From Rhodospirillales bacterium (lineage in GTDB: Bacteria > Pseudomonadota > Alphaproteobacteria > Reyranellales > Reyranellaceae), in assembly GCA_947469635.1 (NCBI GenBank), contig CANIRG010000001.1, forward strand, positions 2,824 through 66,823: a stretch of DNA of 64,000 bases, written 5' to 3'. The notes under the pieces were generated by a model. The model was not told the DNA's origin. It made no database searches and worked only from the letters and a program-made list of their open reading frames with translations. Numbering within the stretch: the first letter of the stretch is position 1; every line of letters begins with the position of its first letter. Below, piece by piece: positions 49,891 to 59,770 of the stretch. Made by a program: the position numbers and the translations under genes.

Positions 49891-49906
49891 AGCAGGAACT
49901 GTGCCA
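49891..49906 (-). promoter_or_regulatory. Putative sigma54 promoter for the PhyH-ABC operon
   Basis: Minus strand TGGCACAGTTCCTGCT matches TGGCAC-N5-TTGC(A/T) with one mismatch, suitably placed upstream of the RBS and ATG 49867. Confidence 0.65.
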
Positions 49907-49916
49907 GCGAATTGGA

Positions 49917-51497
49917 CTACGCCCGGCCATAGCCGCCGCCGCCCGAAGTCTCCATGACGACACGGTCACCCACGGCGAGCGCCAAGTTCTCCTTGCCCGA
50001 GAGCTCGCGGCTGCCGCCGGCGGCGCGGTGGAGGGTGACGCGGAAGGGCTTGCCGTCGGCGCCGCCCTGCATGCCGTAGGGCGGCACGACACGGCGCTCG
50101 AACATGGTGGTGAGCGACAGGCCTTCGCCCAGGACCGTGTAGGCACGCACCATGCCTTCGCCGCCTTTATGCTGCCCGGCACCACCTGAGCCGGTGCGCA
50201 GCCGCTGCTCGTCGACCCGGATCATATATTCGGCCTCGACGATCTCGGCCGGCGTGTTCATGGTGTTGGTGAGATGGACGCGGACCACGGGCGTGCCGTC
50301 GCGATCGATGCGCGCGCCTTCGCCGCCGCCATGGGTTTCGTAGAAGGTGCCCGTGGCGCCGTCGCGTCGCTTGCCGCCGAAGATCAGCAGCCCCGCCGTC
50401 GTCGATCCGCCGGCCGTCAGCCGCTCCGGCACGGCCTTCTCGAAGGCCTTCATGATGGCGTCGACGGCGCGCTGCGAGGTCTCGTGGTTGCCGCCGACCA
50501 CCGGCTTGTCGATGCCGGGTTCGAGGATCGAGCCCGGACGGGTGCGGATCTCGAGCGTGCGGTAGCAGCCGCCGTTGGGCTGGATCTCCGGCCCGGCCAC
50601 CGCCTTGATGGCGTAGTAGACCGCGGCCATCGCGACGAACGGCGTGGTGTTGAGCGGACCGGCCACGGCATCGTCGGTGGCGCTGAAGTCGAAGCTCGCA
50701 TGGTCGCCCACGATTTCTATCCTCACGCGGATGGCGGCGGGCTGTCCGCCCGGACCGTCATCGTCGAGGAAATCCTCGCCCTCGTAGATGCCGTCGGGCA
50801 GGCCGGCGATGGCCTCGCGCATCTGCGCCTCGGAGAGATCGTCCAGCCGGTCGAGCGCGGCGCGGATGGTGGCCGCCCCATGCTCCTCGCACAGCCGCAC
50901 CAGCCGCGCTTCGGCGGCCCGCGTCGAGGCCATCTGGGCCATCAGGTCGCCTTCGCGCTCGGCGGGCCCGCGGATGTTGGCGAGCAGGAAGTCGCGCTTC
51001 TCCTCGTCGATGCCATCCGACGTGAACAGGCGCAGGGGCGGGATGCGCACGCCCTCCTGCCAGGTCTCGGTTGCTGCCGCGAAATAGCTGCCGGCCCAGG
51101 CCCCGCCGATATCGCCCCAATGAGCGAGGCTCACGGCAAAGGCAAAGAGCTGGCCTTCGAGAAAGATCGGCCGGATCGCCTTCACGTCGGGGAGATGGTT
51201 GCCACCGACCTCGGGCAGGTTGAGGAACCACACGTCGCCCGGCCGCAGCCGTTCGGCCGGCACGCGTTCGAGGAATTTCTTCACCGTGAAGCTCATCACG
51301 CCGAGATGGATCGGGATGTCGCGACCCTGCGCGATCAGGTCGCCCTTGTGGTCGGTGATGGCGGACGAGAGATCGCCCGCCTCGCGCAGCAGCGGCGAGC
51401 GGGCGGAGCGCATGACGACGAAGGACATCTCCTCGGCGGCGGCCGTCAGCGCGTGGCGGATGACCTCGACGGTGAAGGGATCGACCGAGTTTCTCAT
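49917..51497 (-). CDS. Hydantoinase B / 5-oxoprolinase beta-type subunit (copy 1)
   Basis: SARSPLLREAGDLSS, IPIHLG, GGNHLPD, AHWGDIGG, QEGVRIPP, NTPAEIVE, GSGGAGQHKGG, SGGGGYG. Confidence 0.92.
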   Translation of the reverse strand: MRNSVDPFTVEVIRHALTAAAEEMSFVVMRSARSPLLREAGDLSSAITDHKGDLIAQGRDIPIHLGVMSFTVKKFLERVPAERLRPGDVWFLNLPEVGGNHLPDVKAIRPIFLEGQLFAFAVSLAHWGDIGGAWAGSYFAAATETWQEGVRIPPLRLFTSDGIDEEKRDFLLANIRGPAEREGDLMAQMASTRAAEARLVRLCEEHGAATIRAALDRLDDLSEAQMREAIAGLPDGIYEGEDFLDDDGPGGQPAAIRVRIEIVGDHASFDFSATDDAVAGPLNTTPFVAMAAVYYAIKAVAGPEIQPNGGCYRTLEIRTRPGSILEPGIDKPVVGGNHETSQRAVDAIMKAFEKAVPERLTAGGSTTAGLLIFGGKRRDGATGTFYETHGGGEGARIDRDGTPVVRVHLTNTMNTPAEIVEAEYMIRVDEQRLRTGSGGAGQHKGGEGMVRAYTVLGEGLSLTTMFERRVVPPYGMQGGADGKPFRVTLHRAAGGSRELSGKENLALAVGDRVVMETSGGGGYGRA

Positions 51498-53515
51498 GTC
51501 GCGCTCTCCTTGATCCAGAGATGACCCATCGCATCGGCGCTGGCCGTGTAGCCGGGCGGGACGATGACCGTGGCCCACGCATCCTCGATCACCGCCGGGC
51601 CGGCGATGCGCACAGCTGCCGGAAGGCGGTCGCGGTCGTAGCGCGGCGTCTGATGGGGGGCCGAGGGCTCGAACCAGCAAGGGCTGACGCTCATGGGCTC
51701 CGGCTGGCCGCGCTGCTCGACGAGAGGTCCGAACTTCGTATGGCGAGGAACGAGCGCCCGCATGCGGAGGCTTTGCATCTCCCAATGCTCGTCCGTTGCG
51801 TAGCCGTAGATCGTACGATGGCGTTCGCGAAAATCGTGACCGAGCTTCTGCAGGTCGAGCCGCTCGGCAAAGGGCACCTCGACGGCGTAGCTCTGGCCGA
51901 CGTAGCGAACCAGGGCCGTGCGCTCGACGGCGATCTCCTTTGCGCTGTGCCCCTGGCGGTGCAGCGGCTCCATGAGGGTCGCCAGCATGCCGTCGTGGAG
52001 GGCCCCGAAGCGTGTGGGATCCCACGTGGTGCTGAGCAGCCGCACCGCCTGCTGCTGGGTGTAGCTCATGTCGGCCACGATGCAGCCCAGCGCCGAGAAG
52101 CCAGAAGAGAAGCGCGGCACGACGATCTCGGCGATGCCGAACTCGCGCGCGAGCCTTGCGGCGTGCATGGGGCCCGCGCCGCCAAAGGCCAGCAGCGTGC
52201 ATTGCCGTCCGTCGACGCCACGCTCGACAGTGACGCGCGCCAGCGCCCGCACCATCGTGGCGTTGGCCACGCGCTGCACGCCCAGCGACAGCGCGACGAC
52301 GCTGATACCGAGACGTTGGGCAAGCGGCGCGAGCGCGGCCTCTGCTGCCGCGACATCGAGGGTGATGGCGCCGCCCAGGCGTCGCGCGGGATCGAGATAG
52401 CCCAGGACGGCGTTGGCGTCGGTGACGGTGGGGCGCGTGCCGCCGCGGCCGTAGGCTGCGGGACCGGGCTCGGCGCCGGCACTCTCGGGGCCGATCGACA
52501 GGCCGCCGGTGCCTATCATCACCAGCGAGCCGCCGCCGGCGCCGATCGATTCGACGGCGACCATGGGCTGGCGCACGGGCCGGCCCGCGAGCTTGGAATC
52601 GGTAGAGATTTCGGCAGCACCATTGGCGATCAGGCAGACATCCGTCGTCGTGCCGCCCATGTCGAAGCTCAGCACCTTTTCGAGCCCGAGCGACGCCGCG
52701 ACATAGGCGGCAGCCGATACGCCGGCCGCGGGGCCGGAGAGGGCCATGGAGAGCGGGCGCCGGGCGGCCGCTTCCGGCGAGGCCATGCCGCCCGCCGAAT
52801 GCATCACATGCAGGCGCGCGCCTTTGACCTCACGCTGCAGGCGATCGAGATAGCGGGCAGCGATCGGCATGACCGAAGCGTTGAGCACGGTCGTAGCGGT
52901 GCGCTCGAACTCGCGGGTCTCGGGATTGACCTCGTGCGACAGAGAGACGAAGGGCACGGCCGCCGCCAGCGCCGTCCCGACGGCGCGCTCGTGCGCGGGA
53001 TTGGCGTAGGAATGCAGCAGCGACACCGCGACGCTTTCGACGCCGGCCGCCTTCACCTGGCGCACGGCTTCGGCGATGGCGGCTGCATCGGGCACGAGCA
53101 CCGCCTTGCCGGTATGGGCGACACGCTCGGCCAATCCAACTCGCCGCTCCGTCGGCACCTGTGCCGCGCGGCGGGGCGGCAGGTCGAGGCGGTAGAGATG
53201 CTGGCGGCCGGCGCGGCCGATATCGAGCACATCCTCGAAGCCGCGCGTCGCGACCAGCACCACCGGCTCGACGCGATCCTCGACGATGGCGTTGGTGACC
53301 AGCGTCGTGCCGTGCACGAGGTCGGCCACGTCCTCGGCCAACAGGTCAGCGGCGGCGAGGGCTGCCTTGATGCTGGCGACGGGATCGTTGCGCTGCGTCG
53401 GCACCTTGATCGAGCGGACTTCGCCGGTGGACGGCAGCAGCGCCACCAGGTCGGTGAAGGTGCCGCCGATATCGATGCCGACCTGCCAGCCGGTCTTCGG
53501 CACTCCATCGGCCAT
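51494..53515 (-). CDS. Hydantoinase A / 5-oxoprolinase ATP-binding subunit (copy 1)
   Basis: GIDIGGTFTD, HGTT..TNA, EFERTATT, SGPAAG, DMGGTTTD, IGAGGGS, PTVTDAN, FGGAGPMHA. Confidence 0.93.
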   Translation of the reverse strand: MADGVPKTGWQVGIDIGGTFTDLVALLPSTGEVRSIKVPTQRNDPVASIKAALAAADLLAEDVADLVHGTTLVTNAIVEDRVEPVVLVATRGFEDVLDIGRAGRQHLYRLDLPPRRAAQVPTERRVGLAERVAHTGKAVLVPDAAAIAEAVRQVKAAGVESVAVSLLHSYANPAHERAVGTALAAAVPFVSLSHEVNPETREFERTATTVLNASVMPIAARYLDRLQREVKGARLHVMHSAGGMASPEAAARRPLSMALSGPAAGVSAAAYVAASLGLEKVLSFDMGGTTTDVCLIANGAAEISTDSKLAGRPVRQPMVAVESIGAGGGSLVMIGTGGLSIGPESAGAEPGPAAYGRGGTRPTVTDANAVLGYLDPARRLGGAITLDVAAAEAALAPLAQRLGISVVALSLGVQRVANATMVRALARVTVERGVDGRQCTLLAFGGAGPMHAARLAREFGIAEIVVPRFSSGFSALGCIVADMSYTQQQAVRLLSTTWDPTRFGALHDGMLATLMEPLHRQGHSAKEIAVERTALVRYVGQSYAVEVPFAERLDLQKLGHDFRERHRTIYGYATDEHWEMQSLRMRALVPRHTKFGPLVEQRGQPEPMSVSPCWFEPSAPHQTPRYDRDRLPAAVRIAGPAVIEDAWATVIVPPGYTASADAMGHLWIKESAT

Positions 53516-53520
53516 GATCG

Positions 53521-54220
<700 letters not shown>

Positions 54221-54240
<20 letters not shown>

Positions 54241-54991
54241 GACCCAGATAGGCTTCCAGCACCTTGGGGTCGGCGCGGACCTCGGCTGGGGTGCCTTCGG
54301 CGATCTTCTCGCCGAAGCTGATGACGGCGATGCGATCGGCGACGCGCATCACGAGACCCATATTGTGCTCGACGAGGACCAGTGTGAGGCCCTGCGTGCG
54401 CAGCTCCTCGAGGATGCCGCGCAGCCGGTCGACCTCGCTGGAGTTGAGGCCGGCCGCCGGCTCGTCGAGCAGCAGCAGCTTGGGCTTGGACACCAGCGCG
54501 CGAGCGATCTCGACCATGCGCTGGCGGCCGTAGGCGAGGGAGCCGACCAGCCGATCGGCATCCTCGGTGAGGCCGAGCGTCGCCAGCAGCGTGCTGGCGC
54601 GCTCACGGATCTCGCCCATGCGGCGCTGGGCGGTGCCGCCCACGATCGCCGACCAGACCGACTGGGGCAGGAGATGATGGGCGCCCACCAGCACGTTCTC
54701 CATCACCGTGAGGCGCTGGAACAACCGTCCATTCTGGAAGGTGCGGACCATGCCGGCCGAGGCGACGAGGTGGGCGGCGGCATCGGTGATGTCGCGATCC
54801 TCGAACCGCACCTTGCCGCCGGAGCTGCGCAGGATGCCGGTCAGCACGTTGATCAGCGTCGTCTTGCCGGCGCCGTTGGGACCGATCACCGAGTAGATCA
54901 GGCCGGCGGGAATGGCGAGCGACACCGCCTGCACCGCCTGCACGCCGCCGAAATTCTTCGACAGGCCGTCGATAGCGAGGATGGTGGTCAT
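54221..54991 (-). CDS. Branched-chain amino acid-type ABC ATP-binding protein (LivG-like)
   Basis: GPNGAGKTT, RTFQN, LLLDEPAAGLN, VEHNM, EAYLG. Confidence 0.93.
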
Positions 54992-55947
54992 CGGCCGACC
55001 ATCCCGAGGCGGCGTGCGACGATGCCTGTGAGGCTGATCAGCCCCTTGGGCAGGAAGATCAGGATCAGCAGCATCAGCCCGCCGAAGACGATGAGGTAGG
55101 CGGTGCCGAGATCGCGCATCAGCTCGGGCATGAAGGTGACGATGACGGCGCCGGCGATGGCGCCCAGGATCGAGCCTTCACCGCCGATGATCAGCATGGC
55201 GAGATAGATGACGGAGTGGCCCAGCGCGAAGTCGTCGGGTGCCACGAAGTTGGTCATGTGCGCGAACAGCGCGCCCGCGAGGCCGGCATAGAGGGCGGAG
55301 AGGGCAAATGCCTGGACCTTGATGCGCGTCACGCCCACCGACGCTGCACCGGTCGCGATCTCGTCGTCGCGGACGGCGATCATGGCGAGGCCGATGTGCG
55401 AGGTGCGGATGCGCCAGGCGCACCAGGTGGCGACGGCGAGAGCCACCCACAGCACGTAGTAGTAACGGTGGTCGGTGGCGAGCGGCCAGCCGGGGAGCGC
55501 CAGCGGCGGGATGCCGGAGATGCCGTCGGTGCCGCCCATCACCGATTTCCAGTTGGTGGCGACGATGACGAAGGAGACGTTGAAGCCCAGTGTCGCCAGC
55601 GCGAGGTAATGGCCCTTGAGCCGCAGCATCGGCAGGCCGATGACGACCGCTATGACGCAGGCGCCGACCGCGCCGGCCGGGATGGAAAGCCACGGCGAGA
55701 GGCCGAGTGTCGTCGACAGGATCGCCGTGACATAGGCGCCGCAGCCGACGAAGCCCGCCTGGGCGAGCGTGATCAGCCCGGCATAGCCGAAGGCGAAGTT
55801 GAGGCCGATCACGGCGATGGCCGAGATCAGCGCCAGGTTGAGGATGCGGATGCCGTAGCCGCTGATGAAGGCGGGCAGCACCAGCGCCGCCACGAAAACC
55901 GCGATGGCGGCGAGCAGGCGGCGATCCATCGTGCGCAGGGCCGTCAT
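54988..55947 (-). CDS. Branched-chain amino acid-type ABC permease (LivM-like)
   Basis: GYAGLITLAQ, LRLKGHYLALATLGF, AVRDDEIA, PKGL. Confidence 0.92.
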   Translation of the reverse strand: MTALRTMDRRLLAAIAVFVAALVLPAFISGYGIRILNLALISAIAVIGLNFAFGYAGLITLAQAGFVGCGAYVTAILSTTLGLSPWLSIPAGAVGACVIAVVIGLPMLRLKGHYLALATLGFNVSFVIVATNWKSVMGGTDGISGIPPLALPGWPLATDHRYYYVLWVALAVATWCAWRIRTSHIGLAMIAVRDDEIATGAASVGVTRIKVQAFALSALYAGLAGALFAHMTNFVAPDDFALGHSVIYLAMLIIGGEGSILGAIAGAVIVTFMPELMRDLGTAYLIVFGGLMLLILIFLPKGLISLTGIVARRLGMVGR

Positions 55948-56822
55948 GCGCGCTCCCCGATACGTTCGCCGAAGATGCCTTGCGGGCGAACCAGCAGGAA
56001 CAGGATCATGACGAGAAAGACGAGGCCGTCCTTGTAGGCCGACGAGATGTAGGCGGCGCCCAGCATCTCGGCGAGGCCGACCAGGATGCCGCCGACGATG
56101 GCGCCGGGCACGCTGGAGAAGCCGCCGATGATGATGGCGGCGAAAGCCTTGAGCGCGATCGGGTCGCCCATGTTGACGTCGGCGAACCACATCGGGCCCA
56201 CGAGGATGCCAGCCGCGCCGGTGAGGAGGCCCGCGATCACCCAGGTCAGCACGAACATGCGATCGACGCCGATGCCCATCAGCCGCGCGGCGTCGCGATC
56301 CTGCGCCACCGCCCGCATGCGGGCGCCGATGGCGGTGCGATAGATGAAGAGATAGAGGAGGCCAATCAGCAGGAAGGCGATGGCGATCACGAACAGCGCG
56401 TGCGCCGAGATGGCCGCGCCGAACACGTCGACCACCTGCCGGCCAAACGGCGAGCGCGGCCGGAAAGGCACCGAGCCCCAGGTCATGAGGGCGGAGTTCT
56501 GGATCACGATGCCGATCATCACCGTGCCGATGATGACGGTGACGACGGGGCGATCCTGCAACGGGCGGAACACCACGCCGTAGAAGACGATGCCGAACAG
56601 CGCCATGGCGGCCAGCGCCAGCGCATAAGCCGGCCCCAGCGGCAGCTCCATCTGGATGCCGGTGGTGACCGACAGGAAGCAGCCGATCGCCACCATCTGT
56701 CCGGTGGCGAAGTTCACCACGCCGGTCGCCTCGTTCACCATGATGAACGCAAGCCCGACCAGCGCATAGACCGAGCCGACGGCAAGGCCGCTCACGATGA
56801 GCTGGATGAATTGCTGCGACAA
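55944..56822 (-). CDS. Branched-chain amino acid-type ABC permease (LivH-like)
   Basis: TTG start. GSVYALVG, GVVNFA, MRAVAQDRDAARLMGI, KAFAAIIIGG, RPQGIFG. Confidence 0.92.
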   Translation of the reverse strand: MSQQFIQLIVSGLAVGSVYALVGLAFIMVNEATGVVNFATGQMVAIGCFLSVTTGIQMELPLGPAYALALAAMALFGIVFYGVVFRPLQDRPVVTVIIGTVMIGIVIQNSALMTWGSVPFRPRSPFGRQVVDVFGAAISAHALFVIAIAFLLIGLLYLFIYRTAIGARMRAVAQDRDAARLMGIGVDRMFVLTWVIAGLLTGAAGILVGPMWFADVNMGDPIALKAFAAIIIGGFSSVPGAIVGGILVGLAEMLGAAYISSAYKDGLVFLVMILFLLVRPQGIFGERIGERA

Positions 56823-56845
56823 ATTTCTAACCCGATCTTCGCTCA

Positions 56846-56871
56846 GGGCGCGCCATTCCAGTGGCGCGCCC
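56846..56871. other. Perfect 10-bp stem-loop between the binding-protein and permease genes (probable mRNA stabilising/attenuating hairpin)
   Basis: GGGCGCGCCA-TTCCAG-TGGCGCGCCC immediately downstream of the binding-protein stop codon. Confidence 0.55.
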
Positions 56872-56892
56872 CCAGCGATGACGTTTGTGGCA

Positions 56893-58053
56893 TCACGCCG
56901 TGATGGTGCGGATGAACACCGGATCGCGGGTGCCCGGCTTGATCGAGAACACGGCCAGGGAATGGACCATGTTGCCGAGCTCGTCGGTGGTGAAGATATT
57001 GGTGATGCCCTTGTAGTCCTTCACCGCCTTCAGCCCGTCGCGGACCTTGGCGCGGTCGGTGCCGACCTTGTCCATCACCTGCTTCATGATCCAGGCGCCA
57101 TCGTAATAGCAGGAGCCGAACGGATCGGGATCGACCTTGAAGCGGTCCTTGAAGCTCTTGATGTAGGCCGCGACATCGGGGCCGCGCTCGGGCGCCAGGT
57201 AGGCGTCCATCACGCCGTTGACCTTGGCGAGCTCGTCTGGCGCGATCAGGTTGCGCGCCGCCGGCACCATGACGCCGGAGGAGATGACCACCGGGATGTC
57301 GATGTTCATTTCCTTCAGCAGCTTCAGGACCAGCGCGCCGTCCTTGCCGTAGCTGATGCAGATCAGGCAGTCGGCGCCGGCACCCTTGAGCTTCTGCAGC
57401 TGCGCCGACATGTCGTTGTCGGTGAAGGCATAGGCCTCCATGCCGACGACCGCCGCGCCCGCCGCCTTCACCACCTTCTCGGCGGCGACGGCGCCCGGCT
57501 GGCCGAAGTCGTTCTGCACGTAGATGATGCCGATCTTCTTCTTGCCCAGGCCTTCGGTCGCATGCTTGGCGAGCGCCAGCGCCTGCAGCCCGTCGTGGGG
57601 GCGGATGCGGAACAGCCACGGGTTCTTCTTCACATGCATGGCGTCGCCGCCGCCGGCATACATGCCGGGGATCATCGCCTTGGTGACTTCCGGCTCGGTG
57701 GCGAGGTTCTGGGTCGTGTAGCTCGACAGGAAGACCAGCGGCGGGTTGATGTCGCGCACCACCTTGAGATAGGCGTTGACCGCGACGCTGTTGGAATCCT
57801 TCACGTCCTCGAAGACGATCTTGAGCTTCTTGCCGGCGACGCCGCCCTTGGCGTTGATCTCGTCCTGCGCCATCTGCAACGAGAAGTGATACTGCTGGCC
57901 CGAGACGTTGAAGGGGCCCGTGATGGGCACCATGGCGCCGACCGCCACCTCGCCCGACTGCGCGGAAAGACGTGGTGTGTAGATGGTGATGCCGGCGCCG
58001 GCCACCATGCCCGAGAGCGCCGTGCGGCGCGTGATCAGTTGTTTCTTGCCCAT
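56893..58053 (-). CDS. LivK/LivJ-type ABC substrate-binding protein, Tat signal
   Basis: TRRTAL leader, EINAKGGVAGKKL, WLFRIRPHD, QNDFG, YKGIT. Confidence 0.9.
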   Translation of the reverse strand: MGKKQLITRRTALSGMVAGAGITIYTPRLSAQSGEVAVGAMVPITGPFNVSGQQYHFSLQMAQDEINAKGGVAGKKLKIVFEDVKDSNSVAVNAYLKVVRDINPPLVFLSSYTTQNLATEPEVTKAMIPGMYAGGGDAMHVKKNPWLFRIRPHDGLQALALAKHATEGLGKKKIGIIYVQNDFGQPGAVAAEKVVKAAGAAVVGMEAYAFTDNDMSAQLQKLKGAGADCLICISYGKDGALVLKLLKEMNIDIPVVISSGVMVPAARNLIAPDELAKVNGVMDAYLAPERGPDVAAYIKSFKDRFKVDPDPFGSCYYDGAWIMKQVMDKVGTDRAKVRDGLKAVKDYKGITNIFTTDELGNMVHSLAVFSIKPGTRDPVFIRTITA

Positions 58054-58090
58054 GCCCCTAATCCCCCTTGGTCGATGAAATGTCTCTCGT

Positions 58091-59770
58091 TCAGTCCGCT
58101 GCCTCGGTCGACGGATACCAGCGCTCCGCCTCCTCGGCCGTGATGTAGCCGCGCTTGATGTCGAGCCGCACCCGCGCCGGATCGCGCTCGCTGGGTAGGC
58201 CATAGCCGCCACCGCCAGGCGTGCGGACCTGCACCCAGTCGCCGGGCTCGAGCTCGTAGCCTTCGCCCTTCGACAGATGCTCGGGCGTCGTCGTGACACC
58301 CTTCTGCTGCACGCGCAATTCGTTCACCGCCCCCGGCGCGCCGCCGATCAGGCCGGGCGGTCCGTCGCGCCCGTGATCCATGAGGAACGACGCCTTCGCG
58401 CTGCCGCGCAGCAGCCGCACCCGGTAGTTGACGCCGTACCCGCCGCGATGCCGGCCGGCGCCCGAGGAGCCCTCGCGCAGGGCATATTCCTCGAACAGCA
58501 GCGGATAGTGCTGCTCCAGGATCTCGACCGGCTGGGTCTTGGAGATGCCGACCGTCGAGCAGCCGTTGGTGAGGCCGTCGGTCTCCCACCAGCCGCCGTA
58601 GCCGCCGCCGGAGAAGAAATACATGATGTAGTTGCGATCCTCGCCGGGATCGTAGCCGCCCAGGGTGAAGTTGCCGCTGGTGCCGGCGGGCGAGGCGAAC
58701 ATGCGGTCGGGGATCGCCTGGCCCATGGCGCCGAACACCGCCTCCATGACCCGCTGCGCCACTTCCGAGGCACAGCCGGCCACGGGACGCGGATACTCCG
58801 CCACCAGGAAGGTGCCGGTGGGCTTGGCGATGTCGAGCGGCGCGAAGCAGCCCGAATTGATCGGCACGTCGGGGAAGATGTGCTTCATGGCGACATAGAC
58901 CGCCGACTGGGTCGAGGCCCACACGCCGTTCAGCGGCCCCTTGCAGGGCGGGCTGGAGCGCGAGAAGTCGAAATGCACCTCCGAGCCGCGCACCGTGAGA
59001 TCGAGGGCGATCTCCAACGGCACGTCGACGATGCCGTCGCTGTCGATGAAGCTCGAGAAGCTGTAGGTGCCGTCGGGCACGCCCTCGATATAGGCGCGCA
59101 TCTGCTGCTCGGAGCGCGCCTTCAGCTCGGCGATGGCCTGCTCCACCACATCGGCGCCGTAGCGGTCGAGCAGGGCGGTCAGCCGCCGCTCGCCCACAGT
59201 CAGCGCGCCGACCTGGGCCTTGATGTCGCCGATGCGCTCTTCGGGCACGCGGATGTTGCTCAGCACGAAGTCGACGATGTCGGTGCAGAGCTCGCCCCGG
59301 CGGTAGAGCTTCACGGGCGGGATGCGCAGGCCTTCCTGCTGGATCTCGGTTGCCTTGGTGGCGAAGCCGCCCGGCACCATGCCGCCGGTGTCGGGCCAGT
59401 GGCCGGTGTTGGACAGGTAAGCCCAGAGCTTGTCCTTGTAATAGAACGGCTTCACCATCTTCACGTCCATGAGATGGGTGCCGCCGAGGTACGGATCGTT
59501 GATCAGGATGACGTCGCCCGGCTCGAGATCCTTGCGCCGCTCGATCACCGCCTGGGTGGTGAACTGCATGACGCCGACGAAGATCGGCAGGCCCATCTCG
59601 CCCTGGGCGATGACCTCGCCCGTCACCGGATGATAGATGCCGTTGGAGCGGTCGAAGGCCTCGGAGATGACCGGCGAGAAGGAGGTCTTCTCGTGCACGA
59701 GATCCATCTCGCTCGCGATCTGACGCAGGCCGTTCTGGATGACGGCGAGGGTGACAGGATTAAGCGCCAT
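58091..59770 (-). CDS. Hydantoinase B / 5-oxoprolinase beta-type subunit (copy 2)
   Basis: SFSPVISEAFD, NDPYLGGTHLMD, GHWPDTGG, QEGLRIPP, PVEILE, TPGGGGYG. Confidence 0.93.
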   Translation of the reverse strand: MALNPVTLAVIQNGLRQIASEMDLVHEKTSFSPVISEAFDRSNGIYHPVTGEVIAQGEMGLPIFVGVMQFTTQAVIERRKDLEPGDVILINDPYLGGTHLMDVKMVKPFYYKDKLWAYLSNTGHWPDTGGMVPGGFATKATEIQQEGLRIPPVKLYRRGELCTDIVDFVLSNIRVPEERIGDIKAQVGALTVGERRLTALLDRYGADVVEQAIAELKARSEQQMRAYIEGVPDGTYSFSSFIDSDGIVDVPLEIALDLTVRGSEVHFDFSRSSPPCKGPLNGVWASTQSAVYVAMKHIFPDVPINSGCFAPLDIAKPTGTFLVAEYPRPVAGCASEVAQRVMEAVFGAMGQAIPDRMFASPAGTSGNFTLGGYDPGEDRNYIMYFFSGGGYGGWWETDGLTNGCSTVGISKTQPVEILEQHYPLLFEEYALREGSSGAGRHRGGYGVNYRVRLLRGSAKASFLMDHGRDGPPGLIGGAPGAVNELRVQQKGVTTTPEHLSKGEGYELEPGDWVQVRTPGGGGYGLPSERDPARVRLDIKRGYITAEEAERWYPSTEAAD

